DNA of 64,000 nucleotides from Marsupella aquatica (taxonomy: Eukaryota > Plantae > Marchantiophyta), in assembly GCA_973895155.1 (NCBI GenBank), contig OZ316894.1:24116709-24180708 (forward strand). Reading direction: 5' to 3'. Positions 50,484-63,331 of this stretch are shown piece after piece (the first letter of the stretch is position 1; each line of letters begins with the position of its first letter). The notes below the pieces were generated by a model, which was given only the letters and a program-made list of their open reading frames with translations, made no database searches and was not told where the DNA came from. The position numbers and the translations under genes are program-made.

Positions 50484-53400
50484 TTACTCTTCCTCAGAAT
50501 CTTCCTCATCTTCCCAAACATCATCCTGTATTATCTCTTCAACTGATTCATCTGTCACCCTTGCAACTGTTTGCTGAGCGACTAAGCTCTCTCCTTCCTC
50601 CAATGGCACAGCTCGGTTAGCAGCTGCAACAAGCTCCGCTTCAACTACCTCGTGATGGTCTACAAGATCATTGTATTCAACATCATAGATACCCTCAACA
50701 ACTCTACGAGACCTTCCCTCCTTATGAAGGACATGCCTCCATGAGGTTCTAGCCTCGTTAGGATAGAAGAAAACTTGCTCAACTTGACCAGGCAAGACAT
50801 AGTCTAACTTCTCGGCTGCAGGATAAGGCATGTTAAAGTTGGCCAGCCAGAGACCAGTTTCATCATGTTTCATAGATGGACCAGTATTGTCTGGTCCCCA
50901 CTTTGACCGGACCCATTTTGCCTTGAGGATAATGGCTGGTTCTAAACGCAATAGTGGTCCATAGTCAAGTTTAAGAATCTGGGTGAGAACCCCAACGTAG
51001 GTTTGCTTAGCCAAAGCAACTCCTGACTGATCCCTTCTCTGCTCGTGGAAAGTGGTGGCCAACCCACTGTCAAATGTAGCGTACCCTTGACAATCTGTGT
51101 CCCTAAGATGGGATAGCTCACGCCAACTACCATCCCTTCCTTTACAGCGCATTACCCTGTAATGATTTCCATAAGCCTTCATTGAAGTATACGTCAAACC
51201 ATGCTGGCTTGGGGGAAAGGAAATAGCCGTCAACAACAACTTGTTTTCATCATCATCAAGGTTAGCTTCGGAAATCTCATTCCTAAACCAAACCCCAAAG
51301 GGAATTCCCTCCAATTCTTGAGGATAAGTTGCTGCTCTACGCCTGTGTGGAGGCCGTGTCTGGTTATTTTGTTGGACAAAAGCTTCCCTCTGTCTTCTTC
51401 TCTCTTCCTCTGCATTCTCATAGAGCCTGCAAACCAATCCAAAAACGTACAATATCAACCACTAATTACAATATCTGAATAATTATCAGCAAGTTACAAA
51501 GTGTGTCATAAATAATAGTTGCGCAAGTAACAATTTACCTCAACCATGGTGTTACCAACAAATTATTCTGTAGGTAGTATGTATGAGCAGCATCTCGATC
51601 TACCACAGTCAGAGTGACTTTGCATGAGGCCCCTTCCAACACCACCCCTTTAACTCCTTCCTCCTCTTCAGCATCCCAAACACGCCTCCTTGTAGATTGG
51701 CAGTCTACCATATACTCTGTCACAAATCCTAAAGCCTCTTCGAGAATGTATCCTTCTGCCATTGATGCCTCTGGTCGTGCCTTGTTCCGTACAAAACCCT
51801 TCAGATTCTTGAGGTATCGCTCAACTGGATACATCCATCTTTGTGATACAGGCCCACAAATGTCCAACTCTTCCACTATATGCACCATGAGATGAGTCAT
51901 AACATCAAAAAAGGACGAAGGGAAATGCATTTCCAAAGCACAGAGTGTTTGTGCTACATCTTTCATCAACGCATCCTTTGTTGTAGGGTCCCAAACTTTA
52001 CAGCAAATCTTACGCCAAACTCTGCACACACTCACAATGGCCAATCGGGGTCCCTTGTCCATCAAATTCCTCAATGCCAATGGAAGGATCTGCTGCATTA
52101 GGCAATGATAATCGTGAGATTTCATACCTGCCAGCTTATTGCTAGGCCGCACACACTTAGCTAATGAGCTGCCAAAGTCTATGGGAACTTTCAGACACTT
52201 CAAGGTTCCCAGAAATTGTGTGAGCTCTGATTTGCTCATGACATATGGTGCCTTGGGTTTCACAAAGTGATCTTTTTTCTGGTTTGGATGAGGCTTCATC
52301 CACAATTGCTCATGAACACCTTCAACTTGCATATCATTCCGGACAGCAGCAGTGTCCTTCTTCCCAGAAGTTGTGTGGATAAGATTATGCGCAATGTTTT
52401 TCTCCGTGTGCATTGGATCAAGGACATGATTGATCAGAAGTTTCTGCGCGCCAGATATAATAGAACATGAGTAACAAGTTATAAACATGAGAGCAAAGTC
52501 TTGACCAGTCATTTCTTGTGGCCAAATAGATTCATCTACCTTCGAAATGCATAGGCGACGGATACAAAGAAAAATAAACTGACTCTGGCCATTGTGGCTC
52601 CCCTGCCATAATAAAAAAACAACGATTGGTAGTGGGCTCTTCCCAAAATTTTCCCGTCCCAATTGCAGTGGCCAGAGTCGACTAATTTAGAATACAATTT
52701 AGAATACTAATGAAGAAACAGTTCTGTTAGTAACAAAATTGTAGGGTTTTGAGCAAACTCTATGGGTTTTTAAAGTTATCTTAGTCTTTCCAAGGAAGTG
52801 AAGTGGACAGGTAGCGATAGCAGATTGAGGCAACATGACCCGTAAGATAAGCGACTCTACATCGTGGTTCCTGGCCTTGGACGGCACCACAAGAAATAGA
52901 AAGGGCACTATGATGACCAGGAAAGGAGGAATCATACGACAGGCCCTTACTGCTTATCAGAATGAATTAGATTTTAATTTAGATTCTAAAGTTTTGCAGG
53001 CAGCCCTTCAAACGGTTGTAGGTAGCATCGAGAACTACTACAAAGCATTATTAATCATATCTCGCTAGTTCAAACATTAATTTACGCATACTACAATCTT
53101 AAAACAAAACAATATATTCTAATCGTTTGATTCATTCATTTGCACATGCCTACACAAAAACAAATACTAAAAACCCAAAAAGTACCAGGTCATCAAAGCA
53201 GGGGTAAGAGACCCTTGGAGAACTAACTGAAGAGCCGACTAGGCAAAGACCCAATTCTACAGATGCCTGTCCTCGCAGCCCCCACAATCAATCCAAGAGC
53301 CAGACTGCCTGCCAGCTAAGAGATTGCCAAACATCTATGCGACTTAGCACATTACACACTGTAATTAAACACTGTGGGCCTGTTCCCTCACAAAGACCAA

Positions 53401-55322
53401 GAATGTGCTCGAGCAAAACTGATGAATAGCTGTTCAATTCAAACTTCCACACGAAAGAGTCTTGTAGATAACTAGTTTAAATAAGAGAGATAAGAAAAGG
53501 TAAAGTGATAACTCACAGTCCAATATGGCAGCACGGCAAGACCCTGTTTCCTCTTGACTCCATGGAGCTTTGATGGGCAGTGCTTGCTTCCTTGCTTGGC
53601 CCCTTCTTTTTTCAGAAACTCTTCAACTTCAGCAGCATAAGCCAGCTTTAGCTCGCATGTCATCCTGGGGGGAGGGCCTCGTGACTCTATCTTTCCATCA
53701 AACTTTGCAGCATAGTCAGGAGTACGATACTTGTGATTGGCCTCCAGCCATCTACGGCTTCCAGGGAACACATTTTTTGATAGAGACTGGGACCTTCTAC
53801 AAGTGACATTGGGTCCACACACTACACAACCATGGTATCCTTTGGTCACTTGACCAGAAATGAGGCCCAAAGCTGGATAGTCATTCACTGTCCATAATAG
53901 AATGGCCCTCAGTGTAAACCACTTTTGTTTACCCGGCCTATCTAGTGCATCAAAGCACTTGACTCCTTTCCAGAGCTCTGAAAGCTCTTCTATTAGTGGG
54001 GCCATGTAGATATCTATGTTACGATCAGTTACAGATTCAGGTCCAGGAATCAGTAAAGACAGCATAATAAAAAACTTCTTAGTAGACAACCAGGGAGGTA
54101 AATTGTAATTTAATAACATTACGGGCCATGTGGAATGCTTTAGATTGTTCTCACCAAACGGGTTTACACCATCCAAGGCTAATCCAAGATGAACATTCCG
54201 TGGCTCACTCTCAAAAGTATCATCTATATTAGCTTCAATTTCTGCCCAAGCCCTTGAATCTGCTACGTGACGGACCTTTCCATCCTTGCTCTTATTGTCT
54301 GCATGCCAGGTCATGAGCTCCGAAATGGCTTTACATCTATACATGCGTCTCAGTCTTGGTATGAGGGGAAAGTGACGGAGAACTTTGACTGCCTGCTTTG
54401 ACTGCCCAACCTGCTTGTACCTAGGTTTTTTGCAGGTTGGACAGTGATCGCACTCTAATAAATCCTTTCTGAACAAAACACACCCATCCTCACAAGCATG
54501 GATTTTGACATAATCTAATCCAAGATGACCAATGAGCTTCTTACATGCGTACAGATTCTTAGGAAGCAAATGCTTTGATGGCATAGTGTGTTTTGCCATC
54601 AAGGAAAGAAGCTCATCAACACCTGAGTTAGTAAACCCGTTGTTATGGCAGGTGTTCAGAAAGGTCAATACAAAGGACAGCTGGGAAGTATTGCACCCCT
54701 CATATAGAGGCGCACATGCCTCTGTAAAGGCATTCATCATTCTTTCTTCTGACTCTTGATCCCAACACTCCTCTTGACTAGTCTGCTCCTGAGGTGTGGA
54801 AGTTGTGGACTCCAAGAGCTCATCCATATTAAACATCTCTTCCCCACTTCTCTCTGGATTTTCCCTCGAAGGACTTTCATCTACAGGATCACTTGGATGG
54901 TTTTCCACTGGCAATGCCAAATCCTCCAACAACCGGGGAATTTCCATATCACAGGTTACATCAATGACAGACCCTCCTATAGCTCCAGTATCTATATTGC
55001 TACCCTCTGATGGAGGATTGACCTCGCATAAGTGTTCATTCCACTCCTCATCTGATGTGTCACATTCATCTCCCCACCAATGTCGCTGAGATGGATGTCG
55101 GGAGTACAGTAACAGGTGCTTCTTGACTGTGTGAACACTCACACGGTTACCCCTACAGTTGCAAATGGTGCAAGGGCACTTTATCTTCCCTATACTTGCA
55201 GACCTACAAGCAGCCAGTTGTCGACGCCATAATTTGTCATCCCTAATATGCAACTGAAGATCACTCCTTCGGAAGTCTCTGAATAGCCGAGACTGTCCAA
55301 AGCCTACACGATTGGCACTCAT
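50484..55322 (-). CDS. CACTA TnpD/TNP2 DDE transposase, 3 exons (55322-53517, 52443-51539, 51426-50484), apparently intact
   Basis: CPCTIC; IHACEDGCVLF; RNVHLGLALDGVNPF; YNLPPW; NDYPAL; DPMHTEKNI; KSHDYH; WMYPVERY; QVEQVFF. Intron positions and phases match the CACTA-1 TnpD. Confidence 0.95.
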
Positions 55323-57059
55323 CTTTGCCAATAAACTTAAAAGACTCTCACCTTACCGGACCACAATGACATGCAGTACAACACACCTCAAAGTTGAATC
55401 AGCGCGACGAAGCTACTGAATTTTTGCTTCAATTTGATCACGTAAGTGGGACTGCACATTGCCAAGCTCAAATTTGAACATAGTGTTTCATTCCCTCTCA
55501 TCATTTTCGCTGTATATGGAGAGTAGCACGTACTCACGATTATATTCATTGTCACATTCTCACTTCATGCTAACCTTCTCGTGTAACTGGCAGTGATTGA
55601 ACCACTTCTAGGAGATGATACAGAATTTAAATCCATGGCATCACATGCAATAAAAAGAAACCAAAGGCGTTGATACCTGCTGAGTCGAGGAGAATCTTGA
55701 AGTCTTCAAACCAAGGAGCTTGCATCGTAAACCCCTCACACCTTCAAGGTCACGGACAGACAGCATGAAATGACATCCATCAGCCATGGTCCAAAGCAGT
55801 ACTACTCCATCTAACTCTGCTTCGAGTCCAGGATGACAGACTTACACGCGAATAGACCACAACAAGAAGTTAAAGAAACTTGACACGCATTGACCAGGCG
55901 CGACAACAGAAGTTAACAGGGTTGCGACTGCGAGGGCGGTGAAGTTAACAGGGTTGCGACTAAAAACCTGAGCAATGAATAAGTTGTTGCTCCTGCAGTC
56001 TTGCTGCAAGTCACTGATTCGTCTGCTGACTCTACTTCAGCACCACAACAATTCAAATAGATGGCAACCTCGATTTCCTTTCTTGCTGAGGTCCTGGAAA
56101 TCACCGAGTTTACAACTTCCAAAGCGGGCGGTATGATCACCTTGTCTGTCCCACTCCAAACTTCGATTCTATCATGCAAATCCGTCCAACATTTGAAGAA
56201 TGAGTTCACCAACGATTAAGCCAAGACGTGAGGCGGTTCAGGGTGAGACTTGCGACGGGCACTGCAGATCAAACTAAGAATGCGAGAATGAGCCTAAGGC
56301 AAAGAGTCGAGAAACCGAAACCAACATGATGCGAACAAATGTAAAGACTCTGTGCCGCGCGGAGCCGGGCGGGAGTAGGGATCTTACTGCAGAGTGGGAC
56401 CCGCCCTCCCAATAAATCAACTTCTCATTTAATTACCATTGACATTACCCTAAGACAACAATATTAGTGGAGGTCCTTCACTCTTACCTCAAATTCATAA
56501 TAAATTCCCTCTATATCCTAAGATATTTATTCACTAGAAAGTGAACCCCTACTCCTTAAGTAGTCCCTTACAAAGTCTACAACTAAACTCCACTATCAAA
56601 ATTAACCCTTTGAGTGTTTTACATAACTCATTTCCAAAGCTTCTTCCAAAGTCAAAAGGGCCATCTATCATGTAATAATTTGATGTCAATTAACCATACC
56701 CATACCCATTTTGGCCAAACTACTGGCAACATCTTAGCTAGAAAAGTGTGACAAAGCTAACACTCTTTTGTTGGATATTATAGCCAGATTCAAAAATGGA
56801 AAGTATAGGGTGAAGATGGTACAATATTAAATGCACTACCTTTCTGGCCGGTCAGACGATAGTCCAAATTGACCTGTGGATCAAGTATGTTAGAACGCAA
56901 GCTACCTCTCTTTTCGTCCACCCCTTTTTGTAAAGTGCCCCGGTCTTAAGAAAGGGTCAGATAGATTAAAATAATTAGTATTGACTAGGTACTGAATTTT
57001 AGCCTGGCCTGGGGATTCTGAAATTTACGGTCAAACACCATTCAGCACCCACCAGTCTC

Positions 57060-57689
57060 AAACCACTTGGGTGATTCAGTGGTTTTATAAAACACGGCTC
57101 GCACCACTGCAATGAGAGTGGTATAAGCAGTGCTTTAATTCTTGTCATCTCAAAGCACCTGATTATGAGTGGATTCTGAGTGGGTTCTTCAAGTTGCAAA
57201 GACCCAAGCTAAGAGGGCTGGCACATTGTATTTATAATTTTAGAACATGGGGTGCCAATGGTAGGCTCATGATTTTTGGTTGTAGCCTTCCTCATTCCTC
57301 CAACTTAGCTCCATCACATTGCTCCTGAAGGACAGCTCTAACACAATGGCCTCCCAGTTTGAGCAAAACCACCCACCCCATCACACAAGAAATCAAAAGG
57401 TGCTAAGTTTTGGGGCACATAGAAGTTGAGCAACTCCTTCCACCACCTTTAGCAACATCACTCCAAGAGTTTGTGGAATTGGAGAAATAGAGTTAGTGGG
57501 TGACCCTACCATGTACCACTGGTGAAACCACTCAGACCTCTTAGTGGTTTTATAAAACATGGCTCGCACCACTGCAATGAGAGTGGTATAAAGCAGTGCT
57601 TTAATTCTTGTCATCTCAAAGCACCTGATTATGAGTGGATTCTGAGTGGGTTCTTCGAGTTGCAAAGACCCAAGCTAAGACGTGTGACA
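57060..57689. repeat. ~155-bp direct repeat pair (57060-57214 and ~57525-57680)
   Basis: gtggttttataaaaca..gcaccactgcaatgagagtgg..gacccaagctaaga is present twice and nearly identical. Confidence 0.9.
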
Positions 57690-60051
57690 TATTATTTTGA
57701 CAATCTAATTTGAGTAGATGAGATGCAAATAGTGTATGTGTGCAAGTTTTTTGGTTATAACTAACAGCTGCATGCTTCTTCACTCCTCCACGTCAGCCCC
57801 TTAGTGATATTAAATTAATTCATTTTAAGCAAGAACTAAAGATTGTCTCGCGCAAGACTAAGTGCCAAACGGATAACATTTAAATTAATTAATTTGTGGT
57901 AGAGTTGGGAGGTAGCAATGTCCAACCACCGTATCAAACTACATTCTTTTTATTCAGATTTGTTCTGTAGAGATTAATTGAGAAATATTTACTTTGGGTG
58001 TATATGCTTCTATGTCCCTAGTCTAAGGTAAGAACCTTTGGATCAACGTAAGTTTGTGTGCCAGTTAAGCAGTTTAAACATACACTGTCTGCTTCTAGCA
58101 TTGGTGTAGTCACTAGTGCTGCGCGTTAAGTTTAGTTCAAGAAGAGGAATTCTCGCTACGAGAAGACTTTGCCAGAATGCACTCCTTTGCCAGTTTTCCA
58201 GAATGCACTCCCCTTGCATTCCTTTTGAGTGAATCCTGAAACGCGAGCAGAGGGGACGACACACACCCGCAAGCTATAAACCACAAGCGCAAGCTGCTGC
58301 CATAGGACTCTTGTTGAAATCGAGTACAGTTTTGTAGCATAGCGGATTTCCTATAGCGGTTCATCGGCATCAGTGAGTGAGCACGCGAGAGGAAGGGAGG
58401 TGGAAGGGAAGCAAGGAAGGGAGGGGGAAAGAAAATCTGACTTCAAGAGTTCCGTCAAGGCGCAAGCGGCAGTTTTCTTTGGCACGGATCAATGCTTACT
58501 CGAAGCAATTCTTACTCGAAGCAATACGAAGGACGGATTGACGTCAAGCTTACTCGAAGCAATTCTTTCAAATCTTAGTGATCACTCTGGCTCGGCACAA
58601 ATGGAGGGCTCAATTTCTTGACAAAAGGTCAATCACTCACCGCCCTTGCGAGCTGCGAGGCCGTCAACTTCCTAGTTCGCCACGCCCACAACCATCTTCA
58701 TCAGCTCTTCTCTTGAATGCTGTCACTACATTTCTCATTTCAAGAAGGCAGGCAATCGCAATGGGAAGCCACTGAGAAGTGATGACCTTCATTAGATGCG
58801 AATTGCACCTTAGCTAAGACAGTTTAGGGTTTGCAGATGGAATAATTTCATGGCTGTATGGGATGGTTGCAATTGGGAGGGACGGGTCACAGGGTGATTT
58901 CTCTTGCATATACAACGTGAGGCCAGGTCATAGGGTTGACAGTCTGGAAATTTGGAATATTTTTACAAGTGTTGTTTCTTACGAAGGAGGAATTTAATTT
59001 GGTCGCGCACAGGTAGGCTATAGGTAGGCTACGTAAGGGGATGAGTGTGAGGTTAAGACGATTGCTGGGAAACCTGGTGGAGGGCAGGCAGGAGGCCATT
59101 AGGATAGCAGAGAGGAACAAAAAGTTTGATTCAAGCTGCTGGAATTGTTGAGGCCGACATCCAACTTTCGTCCGCTTCCATGGAGAGGAAAGCGACAGGA
59201 AGACTTTGTATTCCCTATCTTTGTATCTGTCATCATCTACTAGCTCTTTGTGTTCCTGGTTAGACTAGCTTGGTGGTCTCTCATACATTGCACGGTTTTG
59301 GAAGAAAGTGTGGTGGCGAGTGGCTGGACTATGTACTTAATACTATCTCTCCGGTAAGTCTCATTATTTGTTCACCTATAATTAATTGGATCTATTGTCT
59401 GCTTACTCAGACAAGCGTTCAGTTTGTCAGTTTTGCCTTTCGTTCCTTGGCGACTCAACCTAGCTACTTCATATGCATTGTAATATCTCGTAGCACCTGT
59501 GTCCGTTACTATCCAGAGTTTGCAATTGAGTTGGGGAGAACCCCATTGCACTGTCAACAAGAAGATTGCAGTGATTTGTCGAGGGCAATCAGCCATTAGA
59601 CTCTACTTTTATTAATTAGTTGGTCACAAATGTTATTCTTCAGTTGTTATTTCAGCACGCCCGGCATGGTAGTATGTTGCTGATCAAAGCCCGATCGGAC
59701 TGCATTGCAGAGTTTGCAGCTTCTCATTTGATTAAGAAAATAATGACCAATTGCAACAATTTAAGAAAAGTTGCTTTGAGCCGTTCATTGATGTTGTTGA
59801 TGTCTTCACCACAAAGAAATCTGCAACAAGGTTTTGCCAAATTAAGATCATGCTTGTCGTTGAGGGGTCCACGTGCTTTCAGAGTCACTTTGTATTCTTC
59901 TATATCCCTTAGGGCTGATTGTTATACATTGAGTCACAACTAATTCACAATATTTTTGTGGCTTTCTCAGGTAAGTTTCCTCGCTAGGGTACATCATCGA
60001 TCCTTTGCAAGCAAACGGGAGACTAAGCTAGTAACTGAGTCCGCTTGCAGT

Positions 60052-60801
60052 ATGGCAATAGAGGCAAAGTTGGAGGATGCATGGAGCACCTGTAGGCAAG
60101 CTTTTGGTGCAATTTTGTGGTCAGCTGTGGCCTTAGTTTGTGACAGCCTGTTTTGGTCTTGCCTTGGACTACTGAGCGAGTTTTTCCGCTTTTTGCATGA
60201 GCTGCTTGAGCGTCTCATTGCTGTTGCTCGTCCTCAACCAGAAGTTCCTGATTTCAGCCCTCAGTCTGTTGGTAATCTCACTGTTGTTGCTCGTCCTCAA
60301 CCAGAAGGTCCTGATTTCAGCCCCCAGCCTGTTGAGAATCTCACTACTGTTGCTCGTCCTCAACCAGAAGGACATAGTTCCAGCCCTCATCCTGCTAAGA
60401 ATCCAAAAGATGAGCATGGAGAGCAGCAATGGATGCATCCTGTATATGAGCACCATAGCCAGCCAGCTCAAATTCCAGCTCAGCAACCGATAGTGAGAGA
60501 GCAACATCTACTGTATGAGCATGGGCAGGCAGCTCAAGTTTCAGGGCATGGCCAGCATCAGATTGATCCAAGCTTTGATGTATTATATTTTAGATGCAAT
60601 CATCCCTCCTTGCATAGTAGGAAACGGTGGTATGCAGTGGGGAAAGGCCGGAATCCTGGTATCTATGAATGTTGGGAAGAAGCAGAGCGCGAAGTCTCAG
60701 GTTTTAGTGGCAATAAACACAAGTCTTTTAGGCTTATAGAAGAAGCAGAGAACTGGTTACTGGGTCATGTGCCGATAGAAGGTCTACATAGGAATTTATA
60801 A
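60052..60801 (+). CDS. Protein with a C-terminal RNase H1 hybrid-binding domain (Cauli_VI/viroplasmin-type), transposon cargo
   Basis: RWYAVGKGRNPGIYECWEEAEREVSGFSGNKHKSFRLIEEAENWL is the canonical HBD signature. No RNase H catalytic domain follows. The N-terminus has a hydrophobic stretch and 3 VARPQPE repeats (units of about 60-63 bp). Confidence 0.88.
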   Translation: MAIEAKLEDAWSTCRQAFGAILWSAVALVCDSLFWSCLGLLSEFFRFLHELLERLIAVARPQPEVPDFSPQSVGNLTVVARPQPEGPDFSPQPVENLTTVARPQPEGHSSSPHPAKNPKDEHGEQQWMHPVYEHHSQPAQIPAQQPIVREQHLLYEHGQAAQVSGHGQHQIDPSFDVLYFRCNHPSLHSRKRWYAVGKGRNPGIYECWEEAEREVSGFSGNKHKSFRLIEEAENWLLGHVPIEGLHRNL

Positions 60802-61914
60802 GAACTTTTGCGGATCTAACTTGGCAGTGTTGTTGCACTGCACATTGTAATACATTTTGTAAAATTAAAACAATTTCAATGTTTATTTGTACTCACACGT
60901 TGTACAAGATGAAGTCTACTTATGGTTGAGTAACCAGCAAACTCTCTTGCGATCCTTTGCAAGATTGTATTTCCACCAGAATATTTATACTCCCACCCGC
61001 AGAGCTTGCATTGTAGTAGTTCCGTGCTCATTACCAACTGGCCCATGCAAATCCACATTTAACTGCGTAAAGAGCTTGCTACCCTGGTTGCTACTAAGAA
61101 ATGATTTGTAGGCCAAATCAAACTACAAATGGTCCAACATATATTTGTTCAGCAAATATATAGCAGCTGCTCAAGATAGAAGTGTACAACTATATGTTCC
61201 TGACCAAGTCTTTTAATGGAAAACACTGATGTCTCAAGGTTTCTGTTGGGCCAGTCCTTTCTCACCGTTGTCCCATATAACTCTATGTGTCATAGTCATT
61301 AGCCACCGTCACCCAAACAACTACAAAACTACCTTAAACAACTAGAATCCTCTTCATCTCTAATTAGAGTAGTTTTTTAAATTGTCCTTAGTCACTCAAA
61401 TAAAACAAATGAGTTATTCTTTCTATTGCAGTGGTAAACTTAGTTGCTTTTACAAGCCAGATACCACTCTTTGAAAACACAGTTGTTGGGATTGCTTAAG
61501 AGTTGTTTCCGACCAGGAGTAAAAAAGGACATAGTTGTAAAAACCCAATTTCCTTCTAGTGGGTTTTTGTGGTTGATCTGCGCTTTTTCTTCAGAGGAAT
61601 GTGTAGTGGCGGTGGGCAATGTGCATGGAGTGCGGGGCGCATTGAGGTCAGTCACGCAGAGTTTAGGCAGCTACCATGGAGCGCGCACTCCATTTCTTCC
61701 CATATTGTATCAGGGTGCTGCGCGCGGTCGGGGGAGTAGGAAACCTTAGGGTCAGCCGGTAGGACGCGGGAGCTACAACAACGGAGGAGCTCCGATCCAT
61801 TATAGTGTCGCGTAGCATTGCAGAGCATTGGGCGTTGCAGCTATAGGTCTCAGAAAGCTGCAAAGGGTGACGACGTGCGATCGATGATAAGCACATTGTT
61901 GTGAGGATACATTA

Positions 61915-62230
61915 CATTACGAAGGAGCTGCAGGAGGTTACCTCAGCGAAGGGCGACGAGCTGTGACCGGTGATAACCTGCGGGTGATAAGCTGCGAGGA
62001 GTGGGAGGATACATTGGGAAGGAGGTGCGAGCTGTGACAGGGGATAAGCTTCCGATAGTATTGGAGCTGCAGGAGGTCACAGGAGGCAGGAGGTCACATT
62101 GGTGGAGCTGCGGGAGGTTATAGCAGGCAGGAGCTACGGGAGCTACGAGAGCTGCAAGAGGTTACATCAGGGAGGAGTTGCAGGAGCTATAGTCGGTGAG
62201 GAGCTATTGGTTGGTCAAGAGCTGGAGTTA
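61915..62230. repeat. Degenerate GGAGCT(G/A)C repeat
   Basis: Multiple ggagctgc/ggagctac/gagctgtg units. Confidence 0.65.
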
Positions 62231-63331
62231 GGTTTGTGCGCTTCCCTCTCTCTCTCTCTGACTGCTCGAGTTTTGAAAATAAGGGTTCGGCTGCCAAAGT
62301 AAATTAGGAAACGCCATTTTTCCTGTCTGTCTGTTGATTTCCGACAGTCCCTATCAATTGTTCGATTGTTCACGTTGGTCCCTGTCTTGTTTGTTGGGTT
62401 CTAGCATTGCCTAAACAGATCCCCCTAGTTCCTGTACAGTTTTAGGCTGTTCATCCTATAGCCACTGTCAAGTCTGCGCCTAGACTTGCTCAATCTTTCA
62501 AGTCCATGACTGTTTTTGTTATGCAGCAGAATGTAGCCTCTCAAAATAAATCATTCACACAACTCTGACCAAATTAGCAGTTCAAACTGCCACTCGTCTC
62601 CCTGGTTCAACCCAATGCACATCAATTGATCAAATCCTCTGCCAGTATGTAGAGCACAATCATATATTTGATGAGGCCCCATATTTTGAGAATTGTTGAA
62701 GGCAGCCCTTGGTTTGGGGTTTAGTAGGGAATGAAGATATAAGAGTCGGTTATTGAAGTTTGGTGATCGAGCCTAGTGTCTCAAGAAGAGCTTAAACTGT
62801 TGTGGGTATTTTATAGTATTCCAAACGGTTGGTTCACTTTGTCATTGACCTCACGGTATACCTGTTTTGAAGTTTGGGCCAAGCGCGAGTAGAATTTTAC
62901 CGCCACTTAGACTCTATCTACATATATGCGGAGGTTCTCAACCTCGTACACATAGGCACCTGCAGAGCACTAAGCTAACAAACAATACTGGATGTGTAAC
63001 TCAGGTCTCACTGATTCTCTCTGGCCAAGTATCATTCTCCGTTTCCATCTCTCCATTCCACATCCCATTTGGTGAAGCTCATGCAACAGATGGCAATGCT
63101 TTCGACCTGTGCCTTAGACCCCAGTGTTAATATACAAGAGGTTTAAGCTGAGTGAGGCATTGAAGTAGAATCACCGGCTGTTAATCCTCGCAGAGAAGGA
63201 CCTGCCCTTGACAGTACCATAGCCCAGACCTAGTGAAGACCCACTGAATGACAAACATCTGCGTATGTTGGATCTCTGTTGCGCTCTACTTTCTTTCACA
63301 TATTTTCTTGTCTCTGTCCTCTATGTTCAGC

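Larger units (their letters stand above)
45771..61561 (-). mobile_element. CACTA/En-Spm transposon 3, full length (15.8 kb)
   Basis: TIRs CACTAGAAGGAAAT at 45771 and ATTTCCTTCTAGTG ending 61561 (14 bp perfect, imperfect beyond). 3-bp TSD GGT (45768-45770 and 61562-61564). TnpD and TnpA are on the minus strand. Confidence 0.97.

Noticed and set aside
59956-60801. Endogenous caulimovirus (viroplasmin P6)
   Set aside because: Only the short HBD motif matches. No RT, coat or movement protein is nearby, and the ORF lies inside CACTA TIRs.
37958-61561. Pairing the 37958 TIR with the 61561 TIR as one element
   Set aside because: The 61561 end matches 45771 in both TIR sequence (AAGGAAAT) and TSD (GGT). 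The 37958 end predicts TSD TCA.
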